Assembly (NCBI RefSeq): GCF_963921235.1
Contig: NC_086099.1
Location: 89,280,001-89,344,000, forward strand
Reading direction: 5' to 3'
From: Mobula hypostoma
Taxonomy: Eukaryota
Length of the DNA: 64,000 nucleotides
The notes under the pieces are model-generated. The model was not told where the DNA came from, searched no databases, and worked only from the letters and a program-made list of their open reading frames with translations. Position numbers and translations under genes: made by a program. This document shows positions 61,330-64,000 of this stretch, in pieces. Within the stretch, counting starts at the first letter, position 1. Every line of letters starts with the position of its first letter.

Positions 61330-64000
61330 ACACCTCAGGACATATTCAAAACCCGGACTCCAGCAACAACCATGGACACATTTGAAGTGATTACGCAACC
61401 ACCAACTGCAACTCCAGCCTTGAACACCAGGCCGGGTCTTTATGTGTTGCTGTTGTGACTCCCGTCTCCCCTTCCCCCACCACCACTCCGCAGCCCCGTC
61501 TTCCTCAGATCCCACCGTCAGCTCCTGGGCCCTCAGAGGCTCCATCTTCCTCTCACCCCAACCCTCCCCTCTCCACTGACACCCCCAGCCTCCCCCCCCC
61601 CCCCGATCCCAGCTCTCATCCGTGCCGGGTCTTTACCATCCCCTCCGACCTTCAACTGTCGGAGGCAGAACGCTCTGTTCTCAGTAAGGGCCTCACGTTT
61701 GTCCCCCTTCGCCCACACCTCAGCGAGTTCCGTGTTCGCCACGATGCAGAACTTTTCTTCCACCGTCCCCGTCTCCGAGCCTACTTCTTCGGCAAGGACT
61801 CTTCCATCCCCACCGATGACCCCTTCTCCCGTCTTCAACCCTCCTCTTCTTCATGGACACCCCGCTCTGGTCTTCTGCCTGCTCTGGATCTCTTTATTGC
61901 TAATTGCTGACGGGACATCAACCGTCTCGACTTCACCACACCTTGTTCCCATTCCAACCTCACTCCTTCGGAACGCTCTGCTCTCCACTCCCTCCGCACT
62001 AATCCTAACCTTATTATTAAACCCGCCGATAAGGGGGGTGCTGTTGTAGTCTGGCGTACTGACCTCTACCTTGCCGAGGCACAGCGACAACTCGCGGATA
62101 CCTCCTCTTATTTACCCCTCAATCGTGACCCCACTAAGGAGCACCAGGCCATTGTCTCCCACACTATCAACGACTTTATCCGCTCAGGGGATCTCCCATC
62201 CACTGCTACCAACCTTATAGTTCCCACACCCCGCACTTCCCGTTTCTACCTCCTACCCAAGATCCACAAACCTGCCTGTCCTGGCCGACCTATTGTCTCA
62301 GCTTGCTCCCGCCCCACCGAACTCGTTTCTGCATACCTCGACACTGTTTTATCACCCCTTGTTCAATCCCTTCCGACCTATGTTCGTGACACTTCTCACG
62401 CTCTTAAACTTTTCGATGATTTTAAGTTCCCTGGCCCCCACCGCTTTATTTTCACCATGGATGTCCAGTCCTTATATACTTCCATCCCCCATCAGGAAGG
62501 TCTCAAAGCTCTACGCTTCTTTTTGGATTCCAGACCTAATCAGTTCCCCTCTACCACCACTCTGCTCCGTCTAGCGGAATTAGTCCTTACTCTTAATAAT
62601 TTCTCCTTTTGCTCCTCCCATTTCCTCCAAACTAAAGGTGTAGCTATGGGCACCCGTATGGGTCCTAGCTATGCCTGCCTTTTTGTTGGGTTTGTGGAAC
62701 AATCTATGTTCCGTGCCTATTCTGGTATCTGTCCCCCACTTTTCCTTCGCTACATCGACGACTGCATTGGTGCTGCTTCCTGCACGCATGCAGAACTCGT
62801 TGACTTTATTAACTTTGCCTCCAACTTTCACCCTGCCCTGAAGTTTACCTGGTCCATTTCCGACACCTCCCTCCCCTTTCTAGATCTTTCTGTCTCTGTC
62901 TCTGGAGACAGCTTATCCACTGATGTCTACTATAAGCCTACTGACTCTCACAGCTATCTGGACTATTCCTCTTCTCACCCTGTCTCTTGCAAAAACACCA
63001 TCCCCTTCTCGCAATTCCTCCGTCTCCGCCGCATCTGCTCTCAGGATGAGGCTTTTCATTCTAGGACGAGGGAGATGTCTTCATTTTTTAAAGAAAGGGG
63101 CTTCCCTTCCTCCACTATCAACTCTGCTCTTAAACGCATCTCCCCCATTTCACGTACATCTGCTCTCACTCCATCCTCCCACCACCCCACTAGGAATAGG
63201 GTTCCCCTGGTCCTCACCTACCACCCCACCAGCCTCCGGGTCCAACATATTATTCTCCGTAACTTCCGCCACCTCCAACGGGATCCCACCACTAAGCACA
63301 TCTTTCCCTCCCCCCCCCTCTGCATTCCGCAGGGATCGCTCCCTACACAACTCCCTTGTCCATTCGTCCCCCCATCCCTCCCCACTGATCTCCCTCCTGG
63401 CACTTATCCGTGTAAGCGGAACAAGTGCTACACATGCCCTTACACTTCCTCCCTTACCACCATTCAGGGTCCCAAACAGTCCTTCCAGGTGAGGCATCAC
63501 TTCACCTGTGAGTCGACTGGGGTGATATACTGCATCCGGTGCTCCCGATGTGGCCTTTTATATATTGGTGAGACCCGACGCAGACTGGGAGACCGCTTTG
63601 CTGAACATCTACGCTCTGTCCGCCAGAGAAAGCAGGATCTCCCAGTGGCCACACATTTTAATTCCACATCCCATTCCCATTCTGACATGTCTATCCACGG
63701 CCTCCTCTACTGTAAAGATGAAGCCACACTCAGGTTGGAGGAACAACACCTTATATTCCGTCTGGGTAGCCTCCAACCTGATGGCATGAACATTGACTTC
63801 TTTAACTTCCGCTAGGCCCCACCTCCCCCTCGTACCCCATCTGTTACTCATTTTTATGCACACATTCTTTCTCTCACTCTCCTTTTTCTCCCTCTGTCCC
63901 TCTGAATATACCTCTTGCCCATCCTCTGGGTCACCCACACCCCCCCCCGTCTTTCTTCCCGGACCTCCTGTCCCATGATCCTCTCGTATCCCCTTTTGCC
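61330..64000 (+). mobile_element. Young Penelope-like retroelement; 3' end runs out of the window
   Basis: C-rich element with PLE RT and GIY-YIG coding; 3' UTR homologous to 24500-24700. Confidence 0.93.
61455..63815 (+). pseudogene. Penelope RT plus GIY-YIG endonuclease ORF, nearly intact
   Basis: One frame with a single TGA at 61908-61910; KPADKGG, YLLPKIHK, GRPIVS, GVAMG, RYIDD, VIYCIRCSRCGLLYIGET; short compensated frameshift at about 63310-63375. Confidence 0.93.

Noticed and set aside
1-64000. Many RT ORFs read as a retron, DGR, CRISPR-RT or other prokaryotic system
   Set aside because: All RTs carry CR1, Rex1, RTE or Penelope signatures in eukaryotic repeat context; there are no operons or repeat-spacer arrays
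1-64000. Short 60-150 aa ORFs in the ORF track as host genes
   Set aside because: They are antisense or alternative frames of TEs, or low-complexity chance ORFs with no recognisable domain

Overview
This is vertebrate nuclear DNA, most likely from a cartilaginous fish (shark or ray). That is inferred from the mix of HE1/V-SINE-like and DeuSINE-like SINEs with abundant CR1 LINEs. The window is repeat-dominated intronic or intergenic sequence. It holds many 5'-truncated CR1 LINEs (several nested up to three deep), Rex1/Babar, RTE and L1/Tx1 LINE fragments, Penelope-like elements (one nearly intact RT + GIY-YIG ORF at the right end), Gypsy LTR relics, Tc1 and hAT non-autonomous elements, and tRNA-derived SINEs. 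All long ORFs are transposon-derived. No host gene could be named; three plus-strand candidate exons with good splice signals lie in unique DNA. The most notable sequence-level observations are minimal hammerhead ribozyme motifs in Penelope termini, a LINE 5' junction with an inverted filler copied from nearby flank, an RTE with an unexplained structured 5' add-on inside its TSDs, an L1 that split a palindromic double-octamer site, and a hAT MITE carrying a Rex1 fragment. I found no evidence for a wholly new biological system. Boundaries of degraded repeats are approximate (tens of bp).
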